Shown piece after piece: positions 40,701 through 52,700 of a DNA stretch of 64,000 nucleotides. The translations under genes and the position numbers were made by a program. How positions within the stretch are numbered: the stretch's first letter is position 1; the number at the start of each line of letters is the position of its first letter. The stretch comes from Pelagomonas calceolata (taxonomy: Eukaryota), in assembly GCA_918797485.1 (NCBI GenBank), contig CAKKNE010000004.1:186001-250000 (forward strand), in the 5' to 3' direction. Below the pieces are notes generated by a model, which did not search any database, was not told the origin of the DNA, and worked only from the letters and a program-made list of their open reading frames with translations.

Positions 40701-43700
40701 CGTCAAAGTGTCGAGGCCCGAGACGGCCAATAGATTCCGCAGACCTCTGGCGCGCTCGCGGACGTAGGGCTCCACCACGAAGCCCGCCACAAGAAGATAG
40801 GCGGCCACCAGGACCCCCGCGACGAGGGTGTTGTAGTACTCCGCGTGTCTACTTTTGAAACCGAACGCCCGCTTTCCTTTGCCGGGCATTTGCGCGCGCA
40901 CGACCAGCGGCATCGCCGCCGCCGCCACTTGGAGGAGCACCAGGGTCGTTCCGTGTATCCCGGCAGAACAAAACGCCGAGGCGAAGACGGAGCCCAAAAC
41001 TTCCACGACGAGGCCAACAAAGAACCCGGCGACGCCGCCGGCGGTCCGCGCCCGCGCGCGGCGGCCCGCCGCGCTCGCGGCCATGCGCCGAAACGTCTTT
41101 TTGCGCACGCTCAGGCATACGCTCCTGTGCGGAAATAAACCGGCGTTTTGGGTGCTTGGACTCTACGCCCGTCGAAGATTTAGAATTGAGCACTGAAAGC
41201 GCGCCAGCCCGTGAGCCATCCGACTAGGCATCCCGCGACCGCGCCGGCTGCCGACGTGGGTACGCCAAAGTACGGCCGGAGGCCGGCCTCGAGGCCGACC
41301 GCTACGGCCGTGGCTATCGCCCACGTCAGCCCTCCCGTAAAGGCGTGAAGAACGAAATGATGCTGCGCATTTAAACCACACACGCAAACGCCGAAAACGG
41401 AGCCGACGACGCATCCCGCGACCGAAAACGGCGCGGACAACGAGGCGCCTCCAATAAAACGTATGCCGCACTCCAAAGCAGCCAAGGCGAGTGTCGAAGC
41501 CGCAACGGCCGATCCGGCCGCCGTGCCCGCCGCCCACCCCCGGGGCGAATCCCGGCTTCCCTTTTCGGTCAAGCCCACGGCCAAGCCAACGATAAACCCC
41601 GAGGACAAGACCGCGGCGAGCACGGCGAAATGCGTTGGCACGGTGAAAGTCGTGGCGCCGCCCTTGTCGCCGCGGGCGCGCTTGACGGCGCGCCGGAGCC
41701 CGCCGGGCAGCGCCGCGCCGCCGAGGACGAACTTTTTGATCCACACGAGGTCGTCTCTTATTTGCTGGAGCCTGTGTGGGAATCAAGAGGTGAGTCGAGG
41801 TCACTTTGATCTGTCTGCACCGCTGGGAGCCGAAACTGGACCACGGCCGCGACGAGCCTCCCCGCCGGCACCGGCTCGCCCGGCGCCGACGGCAGCAAGG
41901 CCCCGCCAACCAACGTCTCCGCCTCTACGGGCGCCGCCGCGCCCTCGACCTGCTCGCCGACGGATATGAACACGTCCTCGAGCGACGTCGCCGTCACGGA
42001 AACGTCGACGAGACCCAAGCCGTCGGCCTCGGCCTCCAGCCCCTCGAAGAGAGCGGCGACCCGTGACCTGGATGCGTGGATGGTGTACGTCGTCGTGACG
42101 TCGCGCGCGGAGTCCTCGAGGAGGGGGGCCTCGGCGCCGTCCGCCCAGTTCCGCGACGCGGAGAAGCTCGAGCCCCGGGTCGCGTTCAGGAGCGGACTCT
42201 TAAATGATGAGGAAAAGCTTTTGGGTGTCGACCCGAGGAGCGGATTCGCGGCGTCCTTTTCGGTCGCCCGGCGGAGGTCCTCCTCGAGCTTCGAGGCCGC
42301 CGCTAGCTTCGCTTTGGGCATGTGCTGCGCAAAAACCGCTTTAAGTTGATCGCGCGCCGCGGCGGCCGTCGTCACCGCCACGTGGAGGCCGCCGATTGAC
42401 GTGTCCGACGTGTCCGCGCCGTCCGCTGCGTCGCCGCCGCCTCCGAAGCGCCGCTTCAGGAAAGAGAGAGTGCCGCAGCACTTCACGCTCCCGGCCGCCA
42501 TGATCGCCACCCGGTCCGCCAATGCTTCGGCCTCCTCCATGTGGTGCGTCGTGAGGAGCACCGACCGGTCGACGCGGACGTCGCGCAGCAGGGTCCAGAC
42601 CTCGCGCCGCGCCACGGGATCCATCCCCGCCGTCGGCTCGTCGAGGACCACGAGTCTGGACCCGCCGGTCAGCGCCGCGGCCATCATGACCTTGCGCTTC
42701 TGGCCGCCCGAGAGCTTGAGCGGAAACCCCTCGGCCATTTCCGTGAGGCGGAAGAGCTCCAGCAGGCCAGACGCCTCGTTCTCCGCTCTAGATTCCTCGA
42801 CGCCCTTGAGCCGCGAGTAGAAAATGAGGTGCTCCCGGAGCGTGAGCCGAGGGAATAGCGCGTCGTGCTGCGGGCAGAAGCCGAGGAGCTGGCGGAGCCT
42901 ATCCAAACCATCTGCGTCGGCTAAGGGGCCGAGCGTGCGGATCCCAAAGAAACTTGCGCTGCCGCCGTCGGGCGCCATCGCTCCAGTAATCATCGACATG
43001 GTGGTCGTCTTGCCCGCGCCGTTGTGACCCAGCAGGCAGAAGATCTCCGAGTCTCGAATCGCGAACGTCGCGTCAGATACGGCGACCTTCTTCCCGAAGA
43101 CCTTCCGGAGGCCTCTTACCTGGACCGGCGCGTCGGCGCTTTCATCGTTCTCGAACCACTCGTCGTGGTTCACGAGCGGCGCCTTCTCTACGACCTCGTC
43201 CGGCGGCGGCGGTCGCCAGTACGCCTTCCGGAGGCAAAACAGCAGGTCCTTGCCCTTGCCCCGCGCCGCCGACGTGGAGACCTGGATCACGTACCACAAG
43301 ATGGCCGCCCACAGCGCCACGGACACCATCAGCATGCAGTAGACCCCGGCCGTCCACGAGGACTCGGGCCGCCAGCCCCGATCCTCAGTCTTCTCGTACC
43401 AGAAGGGCCAGACGTCCTCGCACATGAGGTGCTCGTCGGCGCAGGGCGCCGCCGTCAGCGACTGGCTCTGCAGATACTGCTCGAAAGCCTCGAGCCGCGG
43501 CCTCGGGGCTTTTTCCCAGCACTCTTTTCTGCACATCTCGCACGGGTAGCGCTCCCCCACAAAGCCGTCGGCGACGAGCCGGCACCGCCAGCCCGCTCGT
43601 TTTTTCGTCGGGCTGAACGAGTCCACCAACAAATCGTAGGCGAACTGCGGCAGGAGCGCGCTGGCGAAGTGCGCGCGCGGCCGCGCCCGCAAGCGCCAGT

Positions 43701-46700
43701 TCGTTTTGTATCTCCGTTTCCCAACGTTCCACGTCCGGAGCGGGGCCCAGAGCAAGTAGCACCCGTGCAGGGCCGCGTGCAACAGGGGCGGGAGCCCCGC
43801 CGCGGCGATCTGCGACCGAAGGAGGCACGTGACCACCACAAAGGTCTGGAGGACGAGCGCCAGCAAAAAGAACCAATGGAGGGCGAAGAGCTCGAGGAAC
43901 GCGGCGACCTCAAAACTCTTGCCGGCGCGCCGGAAGAGGCCCGGCGCGGCGCCCGCGGCGATCGCGACGGCGACGCCGCCGCCGAGGGCGACGCCCTCGA
44001 TAAAGAAGGATGCGAGCCAGTAGGCCGCGTCGGCGCCGCCTGCCGCGCGCGTCGCCTCGCGCGTGCCTTGTGCAACGTCGGCGACCAACGCCGAGGCGAC
44101 GACCTGGACCCACGGGAAGAAGAAGAGCTGGAACAAGGTGAGCTCGAAGTCGCCGTGGTTCGTGTCGAAGGTCGTTCGCTTGCGGGTCTTCGTGACGGCC
44201 GTCGGCGCGCTCGTCGCGCTCGTATCGCTTTCAACGATGCTCCTCGCTAGCCGGTTCTCTTCCCTGGTGTCGTACAGTAACCACAGGAGGCCGACGCCGA
44301 GGAGCGGGACGATTACTTGCTTGGCCAGCGCGCCCGTCGTGCGCTTCTTCACCGTCCACGCCTTGCGCGCGAGGAGCGCGGTCCGTTCCACGAGCGACGG
44401 CGGCTCGGCGGCGTGTTTCGGCGCGGCGGCGCCGTCGCCCGCGGGCGCCGCCTCCGCGAGCGAAAAGAGCTGGCCCCTTTGGACGCCCTCCGGCACCTTG
44501 ACCTTGATGCCGTCGGGGCGGGTCACGATCGTGCCCGGCGGGCCCGGCGCCACGACCCACGGGACCGTCTGCTCCGTCCCGTCCTCCGCGGTGTAGACGG
44601 CCGCGGGCGGCCGCTTGACCAGGCATCGCCGCAAGGAGTCCCACCAGCAGCAGCAGTAGCGCGCGAGGCTGCCGCGGCAGCGCGCGAGGCAGGACCTGAG
44701 GGGCCTCGCGACGGCGCCGGCGCCGGCCGAGAGCTTTTTCTTGAGCGACGCGACGCCGGCCGAGAGCTTCTCCAGAATTGGCGCGACGCGGCGTCCGAAC
44801 CAGGGGCGCCGCTCGGAGAACTTTTCGTAGCGCGCGCGGACCTTCTCGCGGAAAATGTAGAGCAGCCCGCCGAAGAACAGGCCGACAAAGAGCAGCAAGA
44901 CGCCTAATTTGTCTCCGTCTACCCCGTCTTCGTCTACATCGTCAAAAATCCAGAGCCCGGCGAGCGTCGCCGCGAGCGCCAGGGGAACGACCGTGACGCA
45001 AAACAGCGCGGGCCAGCTCAACTTCTGGCAGCCCGCGCGCACCTCGTTGCGGAGGATGAAGAGGTTCCCGCCGAAGAACAGGGCGACAAATAGCAAGAAG
45101 GCGTATTCATGGTAGACTATGTAGAGGCCGGCGAGCGTCGACGGGACCACGACGGAAACGATCGTGACGCCGAGCAGCGCGGGCCGGCGCAGCGAGAGTT
45201 CCATGTACGCGAAGATCCAGCCCCCGCAGCACCAGAAGACGCAGCGCCGGGCGCAGCCCCCCTCGCCCTCGTGTGCCCAGTTGCGCAGCTTTTGGAGCCG
45301 CGCGTAGCCGACGCACGACGGCTGCGAGACGCAGCACGCCGCCGCGACGCCGACGACGTAGATGACGAGGAGGCCCAGCCACGCGAGGACGTAGAGCACG
45401 GTAATCCACAGTCCGTCCTGATCCCAGGCGAACTTCGGGCGAAAGGCGCAGACGTCCGGAATCGCCTCGCCGCCGCCCCCGTCGGGCCACTTCTTCACCG
45501 CGGCCCTGAGCTTCTCGAAGAGGACGGGGTCGTGGCCGAGCTCGCCGCACGTCTTTCCGCAGGTCCCGAGGCAGCCGCTGTAGAACTCTTTTTCCACGTC
45601 CCGCGCGCACGCGTCGGCCGCGGCGGTCGTCGGTTCCGCGTCGAGCCCGGCGAAATGGCGGGGCGCGCGCGTCGAGACCCAGAAGTTCGTCCACGGGTGG
45701 TCGAACCACCTATCTTCCCAACGTTCATGGTAGTCGGAGCTGTACCAATCCCGCCTCCATCTCCACGCCTCGTCCCACCGCTTCCTCTCCCGGAGCTGCG
45801 CGTGGAAGAAGTCGCCGTCTTCGGTGACCACGCCGCAGGCCCGGATGCGTTGTCGCTCGCCCATGCGCCGGTTCCGCGAGCTGTCTGGCCACGACGTCCC
45901 CGTGACGTCGCGCCTCCACCATTGGCGTTCACAACTGTCCCAAGGCCGCCAATTGTGCCAGTCACTCAAGTCCCACCAGCGCCACGAATCCGAGCGGGTG
46001 TAGTAGAGCGCGCCGGACGCCGGGTCGCAGCGCAGGTCGTCGCAGGCGTAGGGCTCGCCCCGGAAGCGGCAGGGGCGGTTCCGGACGTCATTCCATGAGT
46101 GCGGACTCTGCTCGGCCCCAAAGTACTTCAGGAGGATATCGCAGCGCCGAGGACCGCTGTGGTGGAAGCAGTCGGGCACCGGCGCGACGCACTTCGCGTC
46201 GTCGGAACTCTTGTTCGTGCAGCAGGTGCCGACGCCGCCGACATAATCCACGCCCGCCAGCGTGTGGTTGTCGGCGCAGTACCGCGCCGCGGGCGGCGGG
46301 CGCATCCCTTCATCCCAATGTGACCCATGATCCCCCCATCTTTCCCAATGGGACGATGATGTGAAACACACGTCCTTGTAACTCATTTGCGGGTCCCACC
46401 AGTTATCTGAGTGACCATTATCCAGTATGGCCGGGCCGCCGGGCTTGAACCTGCGCGGACGTCGGAGTCAGGCGGTCCCGGTATCTACGTCTACGCCGGA
46501 TATCGGACGTGCGGCACGCGTCCTCGACGCAGTCGGCGCGGCGCTTGCGCTCGAAGCACGCCGCCGGCGCGGAGGCGCGCGGGCAGCAGTGAGTCTCGTA
46601 AGTTTCCCCTTGCTCCGGGTGACTTTTAACATAGACCTTTTGCTCCCCGCCGGGGCACGCGTCCGTTTCGTCATCGCAGCATTCGCCAACGAGGGGCGGG

Positions 46701-48478
46701 CGCCGCCCCTCGTCCGCGTGGGCCTCCCAGCAGAAGCCTTCGGCGTCCACGTCCGCGGCCGTCGTCAGGTTGTCGACGGCGCCCTCGCAGCACGTGAAGA
46801 CGCACGGCGCGTCGCCCGCCACGACCGTGTACCCGTCCGCGCACGCGGCGGTCTCGTTCGGCCCCGCGCAGCAGCCGCCGGCGTCATAATTGTGATGCTC
46901 CCACCGGTCCTCCAGCGCGACCTCGTCGCCGGACGCCTCCTCCCCGTGCTTGCGCACGGAGCACTCGAAGTTCGGCAGCGCGCCGTCGGAGCCCGTCGGC
47001 CCGGGCCCGCAGTACTCGTCGCCGCTCCCGTGGCGCACGCTCACGCATTCGCAGTCGACGTTGAAGTCGCAGCAGTCGTGGTGGTCGCAGTCGTGGTAGC
47101 CGACTGGACACCAGCCGGCGGGCTGGGACACGTTCTCGTGGTACGCGAGGCTGCAGTCCTCGTGCGAGCCCAGGTCGCACGTGTCGTCGCAGGCGCAGTC
47201 CGCGTCGCGGTCGCAGCAGCCGTCGCACTCGTAGTATCCCTCGGGGCACTTGGGCGTGCGCCAGTCGTGCTCGTAGGCGTCGCCGCCGAGCCCGTCGCAC
47301 GCGCAGTCCGCGTCCTGGTCGCAGCAACCGGCGCAGGTGTAGTACCCGGCGGGGCAGCCCTCGAAGTCGTAGGGCTCGACGAAGCGACCAAGGAATGCGT
47401 CAGAGGGAAGACAGCGGTACCCCTTCCTGCCCGGCCAGCAGCCCCAAGGCGGGCCTTCGTTGCCGCGCACGAGCGTGTACCCGTCCGCGCACCACGTTTC
47501 GTGGTCGTAGCCGCAGCAGTCGCGGTCGTGGTGTTCGCATACATGTTCCCGGCACTTGTCCGGGTCGTGGGCCGAGAGGTCCTGCGACCCGTCATAGTAG
47601 AGCGCTGTGTGTGTGCAGATCCCCCCGTCCTCCTCGGCGGCGCCCGGGCACCCCAAGCTGAAGAGTTGCCAATCCCATTCCCGCCTTGCCTCCGTGCAAT
47701 TGCCGGTGACGCAGCGGCAGTTGCCCCCTCTGCCTCCCCAGTCCTCCCAGTAGAAGAACTCGCCGCGGCACCCGTCCTGGCCGGCGTGCGCGCGCACGGC
47801 GGCGACGCAGTCCATGAAATCCATCGTATGGTTGCCTCCGTGCCAATAAGAGTGATGACCAAAGTTTTCGTACCGACCCGCGCCTATCTTGTCGAGTCGA
47901 ACGGTCTCCTCACATCTGCGGTCGGTGACCGTGCCGACGTAGGTCGGCGCCGTGCAGTCCGAGACGTTCCAGGCGGCGCAGGTGACGACGCACCCCCGCG
48001 TGTCGTGGAGGTCCGACGCGGGATGGTCGGCGAGGGCCTCGTTCGCGTCGCACATGAAAAAACCGCCGCCGGTGCCCGCCGGGCAGCACGCAAACGGGTA
48101 CCAGTCGTGGTCGTGCGATGAGTTGGGCATCGGGGAGTAGCCCTCGGCGCAGATCGGCTCCCTGTGGTAGTTGTGGGCCCAGCAATGATTATGCTCGCAT
48201 TTATCCTTGCGGCAGCTTTCCGCCGGCATCCCGTCGCAGCGCGGGTCGTACACGCCGCTGCAGTTTTCGTGGCGCGCGCACGCCGCCAGCGCGTCGTCCA
48301 GGACGAGGTACGCGTCGCCGAACGTCGAGCAGTCCCGGTCGATCGCGTACTCGCGCAAGCACGAATCCTCGCTCTCGAGCAGGCACTTGGAGTTGTCGCA
48401 GACCATGCTCGGCTCGGGCAGCAGCTCCAGGAAGGAGGTCGCCGCGGCCGCGGCCAGCGCCAGCGGCAGCGCCCTCAT
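37787..48478 (-). CDS. Giant ABCA-family full transporter with signal peptide and Cys-rich N-terminal extension; 6 exons (48478-46518, 46450-41831, 41771-41205, 41124-39321, 39197-39168, 38956-37787); ~3383 aa
   Basis: NBD1 LLGHNGAGKTT / LSGGQKRK / LDEPTAGMDP; NBD2 LLGANGAGKTT / LSGGMKRK / LDEPSSGLDP; exons sum to 10152 nt in frame. Joining of the first exon is less certain. Confidence 0.82.
38949..39167 (-). mobile_element. Introner: element 38957-39159 (203 bp), perfect TSD TTGACGAC; intron 39167->38957
   Basis: TIRs CTGTGTGAAAATCAA / TTGATTTCCACACAG; internal CCACGCCATCGA..TCGATGGCGTGG palindrome. Confidence 0.96.
39198..39320 (-). mobile_element. Introner: element 39198-39312 (115 bp); intron 39320->39198
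   Basis: Perfect 15-bp TIRs; GT donor 8 nt outside the TIR; no recognisable TSD. Confidence 0.9.
41125..41204 (-). mobile_element. Degenerate introner-derived intron (GC-AG, ~80 bp)
   Basis: Acceptor end GGTTTATTTCCGCACAG; restores the frame LTGW|SVCLSVRKK; exact donor uncertain. Confidence 0.65.
41764..41830 (-). mobile_element. Short introner-derived intron 41830->41772 (GC-AG, 59 bp)
   Basis: Acceptor TTGATTCCCACACAG; TSD-like GCTGGAGC / GCTGGGAGC; restores the frame. Confidence 0.82.
46451..46517 (-). other. Probable GT-AG intron (donor 46517 or 46508) linking the Cys-rich ORF to the ABCA ORF
   Basis: Either donor with acceptor CCGCGCAG at 46451 joins the frames; the downstream frame is open from 46450. 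Confidence 0.6.
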
Positions 48479-48796
48479 GGGGCTATCGCAGGAACCACCC
48501 GCTGCTGCACGCTGCACGAGCGTTACGCCAAGCGCCGATCACGCTCCTGGGATCACGCTCTGGGCGCGGGCAAAATGACAATGCCGGGGGGCAGCTAATC
48601 AATCTGCATGCCTTGGGAAGGAGCATTTTGTTGATGGGGGGTTCGCAGGGGAAAGCTGCAGAGCCGACGAGAGTCCTGCCGGCCGGCCCCGAGGTGTCCC
48701 CGACGTTTCCCCGCCGGACCCGCGCGTCGATTTCAAACGCGACGCGCCCTACCCCCCGGCCGGCGCCGGCGGACGAATTACAAGGCTCGCGAAGTA

Positions 48797-50485
48797 TTAC
48801 GTCTTCTTCAGCTTGGGCAGCGTGAAGCCCTCGAGGCCGGCCATCGGGTTCGCGCGCTTCTTCTTCCGCTTCTTCTTCCGGGCCGGCTTGCGCCGGGCGC
48901 TGTCCTCGGAGTCGGACGACGACCCGGCGGACGAGCCGGCCGACGGGGCCGCGGAGTGGCGCGGCGCGGCGCGGATCTTGCGCTTCGCGGGCGGCGCCGC
49001 GGGCGCGGCCGGCGGCGCCCCGGCGCTCTTGCGCGGCCGGCCCCGCGGCCGCGCCGGCGGCGCCTCGTCGGCGCTCGAGTCGCCGGCGGTCGGCGGCGCG
49101 GCGGCCTTGGGCGCCGCGGCGCTCTTGCGGGGCGCGACGTCGAGCCACCGGCCCGCGGCCGCGTCCCAGGTCGCGGGCTCGCCGGACCGGTTCCGGGGCG
49201 CGCGGCCGCGTGGCTTCGCCGCGCCGCCGCCGCCGGCGTCGCCGCGCCGGCGCTTCGCGGCGGGCTTCGCCGCGCTGCGCGCGGGGAAGACGGCGTCGAA
49301 GTCGTCCTCGTCGCTCGACTGCTGCGACATGGGCTCCTTGCGCGACGGCTTGCGCCTCGGGGGCGCCGCGGCCGGCGGCGGCGCGGGCGGCGACGCGGGC
49401 GGCGCGGCCTCGGGCGACAGCGAGCCGCGCCGCGTCGCCCGGGCCGGCGGCGAGGCCCACTCCTGCTGGAGCCGCCGCGCCATCTCCTCGTCGGTCTCCG
49501 CCCGCGGCGCGGCCGGCTTCGGCGCCCGCGGCTTCGCCCGCGCGGCGGGCTTCGCGGCGCCCTTCTTCGCCTTGCGCGGCTTGACGGCGACGAGCGGCGC
49601 GTCGTCGGCGAACGCCTGCTTCTGCGCGGCGTCGAGCTCGCCCCACATGGCCGCGAGCTTCTTCATGACGGCCTGGTTCCGCTCCTGCGCGCCGAGCCCG
49701 GCCGTCGCCGGGTCGCTCTCGACCATGGCCCGGGCGAGCTCCCGGTTCTGGGCGTTGTGGTGGAGGTAGCCGGACTGCTTCTTCATCGCCGGCGGCGCGT
49801 CGCCCGCCGCGGCCGGCTTCCTGGCCGCGGGCCGCGGCGCGTCGTCCTGCGAGATGGTCGCGGGGCGGGCCGTCGCCGGCCGCGGCGGCGGCGCGGGCGC
49901 GTCGTCGGAGTCGCTCTCGACGATGGTGCGCCGCTGCTTCGCCGGCTTGGCCGGCGCCGGCGCGGGCGCCTCGTCGTCGTCGGAACTGTCGGCGATGGCG
50001 CGCCGCTGCTTCGCCGGCTTGGCCGGCGCCGGCGCGGGCGCCTCGTCGTCGTCGGAACTGTCGGCGATGGCGCGCCGCTGCTTCGCCGGCTTGGCCCTGA
50101 CTGGTGCCGCGAGCGGGTCGAACGGCGGCGCGTCGTCGGCGGCGCGCCGGCGCGCCGCCGGCTTCGACGCGGGCTTGGCCGACGGCTTCCTGGCCGCGGA
50201 CGGCTTCTTCGGCGGGCGCGCCGGCTCCGACTCGGAGTCCGACTCCGCCGCCAGCGCGCGGTCGAGGGCCTCGCGCGTCTCCCGCACGCGCGCGCGCGCG
50301 GCGCGCAGCTCCGGCGTGACTGCAGGCGGCACGGGGCGCGCCTTGATCGCAGCGATGCGATCCCGCCGCGCCCTCTCGCGGACGCGTGCCGCGTCGCACT
50401 CCGCGAGGACCGCGGCCACGCGGTCCGCCAGCGGCTCGGTCGGCGCCGGGAGGCGCTGGCGCGAGAAGGGCGTGCTTTCACTCAT
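48797..50485 (-). CDS. HMG-box and AT-hook chromatin protein
   Basis: KKQSGYLHH...R......VMKKLAAMWGELDAAQKQAF (HMG); RPRGRPRK (AT-hook). Confidence 0.8.
   Translation of the reverse strand: MSESTPFSRQRLPAPTEPLADRVAAVLAECDAARVRERARRDRIAAIKARPVPPAVTPELRAARARVRETREALDRALAAESDSESEPARPPKKPSAARKPSAKPASKPAARRRAADDAPPFDPLAAPVRAKPAKQRRAIADSSDDDEAPAPAPAKPAKQRRAIADSSDDDEAPAPAPAKPAKQRRTIVESDSDDAPAPPPRPATARPATISQDDAPRPAARKPAAAGDAPPAMKKQSGYLHHNAQNRELARAMVESDPATAGLGAQERNQAVMKKLAAMWGELDAAQKQAFADDAPLVAVKPRKAKKGAAKPAARAKPRAPKPAAPRAETDEEMARRLQQEWASPPARATRRGSLSPEAAPPASPPAPPPAAAPPRRKPSRKEPMSQQSSDEDDFDAVFPARSAAKPAAKRRRGDAGGGGAAKPRGRAPRNRSGEPATWDAAAGRWLDVAPRKSAAAPKAAAPPTAGDSSADEAPPARPRGRPRKSAGAPPAAPAAPPAKRKIRAAPRHSAAPSAGSSAGSSSDSEDSARRKPARKKKRKKKRANPMAGLEGFTLPKLKKT
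49900..50095 (-). repeat. 72-bp coding tandem repeat (~2.7 copies)
   Basis: AKPAKQRRAIADSSDDDEAPAPAP x2 plus a diverged third copy. Confidence 0.85.
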
Positions 50486-50713
50486 GGCTTGTTAGCACGA
50501 TCTGCTTTCACGGGCTCGCGATTGCAGCAAGACTGCCGGTCGCAGCGCTGCAGAGAGAGCACAACTCGATCTATTATGGCTGTATCGTCTATATAGATTG
50601 GCGCCGTCCTCAAAATTAAAACTAAAATTGAGCGGCTAGTGTCTATTAGCTAGCTAACAAGCGCAAAGCTTAGCAAGAAGGGTTTCAACGGACGAGCCGG
50701 GATACGATACAAT

Positions 50714-51829
50714 TTATAAAGGCGCCCGCCGCGCCTCCCCGAAAGCGCCCAGCCGTCGCCGTCGGTACGTGTACCGTCCCCCGGGCGCGGGACATTGGGC
50801 CATGACGTTGCAGCTCTCGACCGTGGCCCCGCTCGACGCCATCGCGCGGGCCTGCAATTCCGTCGCCGGGCAGGCCCAGACCGCTCGCACGTGGGGCCTC
50901 TTCGAGCGCACGGCCGCGAGGCGGAAAAAGGAACTTCGTCGCGTCGGCACGAGGCGGCCGCACTCCGACAGGGCGTAGTTCTCGGCCAACGCGCCGACGG
51001 CGCCGGGAGGCAATCCGAGCTCTACGACGCTCACGTTCCGCGCCCGCGCCGCGGCGTAGAGCTCCTGCTGCAACCAGGCGGAGTGCCCGTCGCTCGCCAC
51101 GAAGAGGCCACCTCTGTCTCCGAGTAGTGGCAGCAGCTTTGTGAATGGCGTCTCGTCGCCGTGCGACCGCTTCTGCGAGCGGGCGTGAACGCCGAGGGCG
51201 CACCCGCCGGCCCGGGTAAGGGCGTCCCGGACCGCGTCGCGGATGCTGCGTCTTGGCCGCAGCAGATAGCGCTCGAGCGTCCGTTGCGAGATAAGCGCGT
51301 CCGGCGGGAAGAGTCGCGTCGAGTTGACGCGCTCGTTGCAGAGGACGGCCAGGAGGTAGTGGTGATCCGTCCGCACGTCGAGGACGCCTCGCGTGATTTC
51401 AAAGAGGTTCGCCCTTTGCAGCGTCGCCTCGAAGCCGTGGTAATTGAGATTTCTGGCCGCTTTCGCACAGGCCACCGCCTCGGGCGCCGTCCAGTTGAAG
51501 GGCGGCCGCTCGTAGAGCTCCTCGGCGCCGACGTCGTCGCAGGCCACCGCGACTCCCGCATAGTTGTCGCAGCCGCGCGGCGGCCACTCGACGACGAGAG
51601 CGGCGTTCGCGGCCAAAGCGAGCGCGAAGCCCGAGAGGAGGGCTTGCTCGCGGTTCCCTAATCCGTTTTTCACCTTCGCCCGCACGATTCGCGCCGCGGG
51701 GTCGCCCTTCTCGAACGCGCGCAGGTTCCGGTCGTGGACTCGCGGGTAGTTTTGCAGGGCTATTTCGAGCCTCGACCAGGCCGCGGCGGTCGCCAGGCAG
51801 AGGGCGGGGACCAGGGCCGCCCTCATCAT
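50714..51829 (-). CDS. Fucosyltransferase-like glycosyltransferase (secretory pathway)
   Basis: Signal peptide; NGLGNR, LGVHAR, LFVASD motifs. Confidence 0.7.
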   Translation of the reverse strand: MMRAALVPALCLATAAAWSRLEIALQNYPRVHDRNLRAFEKGDPAARIVRAKVKNGLGNREQALLSGFALALAANAALVVEWPPRGCDNYAGVAVACDDVGAEELYERPPFNWTAPEAVACAKAARNLNYHGFEATLQRANLFEITRGVLDVRTDHHYLLAVLCNERVNSTRLFPPDALISQRTLERYLLRPRRSIRDAVRDALTRAGGCALGVHARSQKRSHGDETPFTKLLPLLGDRGGLFVASDGHSAWLQQELYAAARARNVSVVELGLPPGAVGALAENYALSECGRLVPTRRSSFFRLAAVRSKRPHVRAVWACPATELQARAMASSGATVESCNVMAQCPAPGGRYTYRRRRLGAFGEARRAPL

Positions 51830-52166
51830 GAATCTATTATGATATCAGAGGTCCCTCAACTCTCGCTGTCGGGCTCGACCAGGACGCCGCGCGGTCGCCA
51901 GGCTGCAGAGGGCCGAGACCTCCAAATGTTATTGGTTTGCATTGATGATCTCAGCGACCGAGCGCTCGCATAGATTTTCTAGGTGAATGATGAGATGTAC
52001 GAGAGCGGAGAAGACGACAACTTTGGCCGTCTGCGCGCAAAATGACTCGCACGCAAAAACCCGTTTTGTACACGAGCGTTCTACGAAACTCGCGAGCCGC
52101 GCGCTCCGCGCCCGCGAAATGTCGCAGTAGAACTGTTTCCAAGTAGTACTACATTTATTACGAGAC

Positions 52167-52700
52167 CTAGGACCCGCGGCCGAAGAGGCCCGCGAGACCG
52201 CCCGCGCCCTCGCCGGCGTCGTCGTCCTCAGGCAGCTCCGGGACAGGCTGCTCGCGGTAGATTTTCCGGCGCTCCGCCAGGACCTGCTTGATGCGCGCCA
52301 TGCTCTTGCGCACGGCCGCCTTGCGCTGCGGGTATTTCAGGCGCATGCCGTTGCGGCGGGCCCGCGCCGACTCCGTCAGCAGCACGTTCCGCTCCTTGTA
52401 CAACGTCCACCACAGGCGGTGCAGGTCGTTGAAGCTCTTCCGTCGCAGCTCGCAGGCCTCCCACGCGCGGCCCGCGGCGCCGTCCTCCGGCGCCTTCGAC
52501 CGATGCCGCGCGTCGTAGAACTCCTCGAGGCCGCGCCGCGGCCCGGAGGCGTGGAAGGACGCGGTCGGGGTCCAGACCGCCGCGGAGCGATGCGGCGCGG
52601 CGGCGAGCGGCGGCGGCGCGCGCAAGGACGCGGCGACGGGGCGGAACGCAGTGCTGCGGCGCGAGGCCGCGCGCAGGCCTTGGGCGAGCTGTGACAGCAT
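52167..52700 (-). CDS. MRPL47: Mitochondrial ribosomal protein L47 (uL29m)
   Basis: GRAW...ELRRKSFNDLHRLWW.LYKERNVLLT...VRKSMARIK.VL.ER; Arg/Ser-rich transit peptide. Confidence 0.92.
   Translation of the reverse strand: MLSQLAQGLRAASRRSTAFRPVAASLRAPPPLAAAPHRSAAVWTPTASFHASGPRRGLEEFYDARHRSKAPEDGAAGRAWEACELRRKSFNDLHRLWWTLYKERNVLLTESARARRNGMRLKYPQRKAAVRKSMARIKQVLAERRKIYREQPVPELPEDDDAGEGAGGLAGLFGRGS

Noticed and set aside
31860..41771. Exon lengths between introners as nucleosome multiples (368, 567)
   Set aside because: Too few values; 30 and 146 do not fit; needs genome-wide data
32279..46386. Fragmented M16 and ABCA ORFs as frameshifted pseudogenes
   Set aside because: Every break coincides with a GT/GC-AG intron whose removal restores the frame
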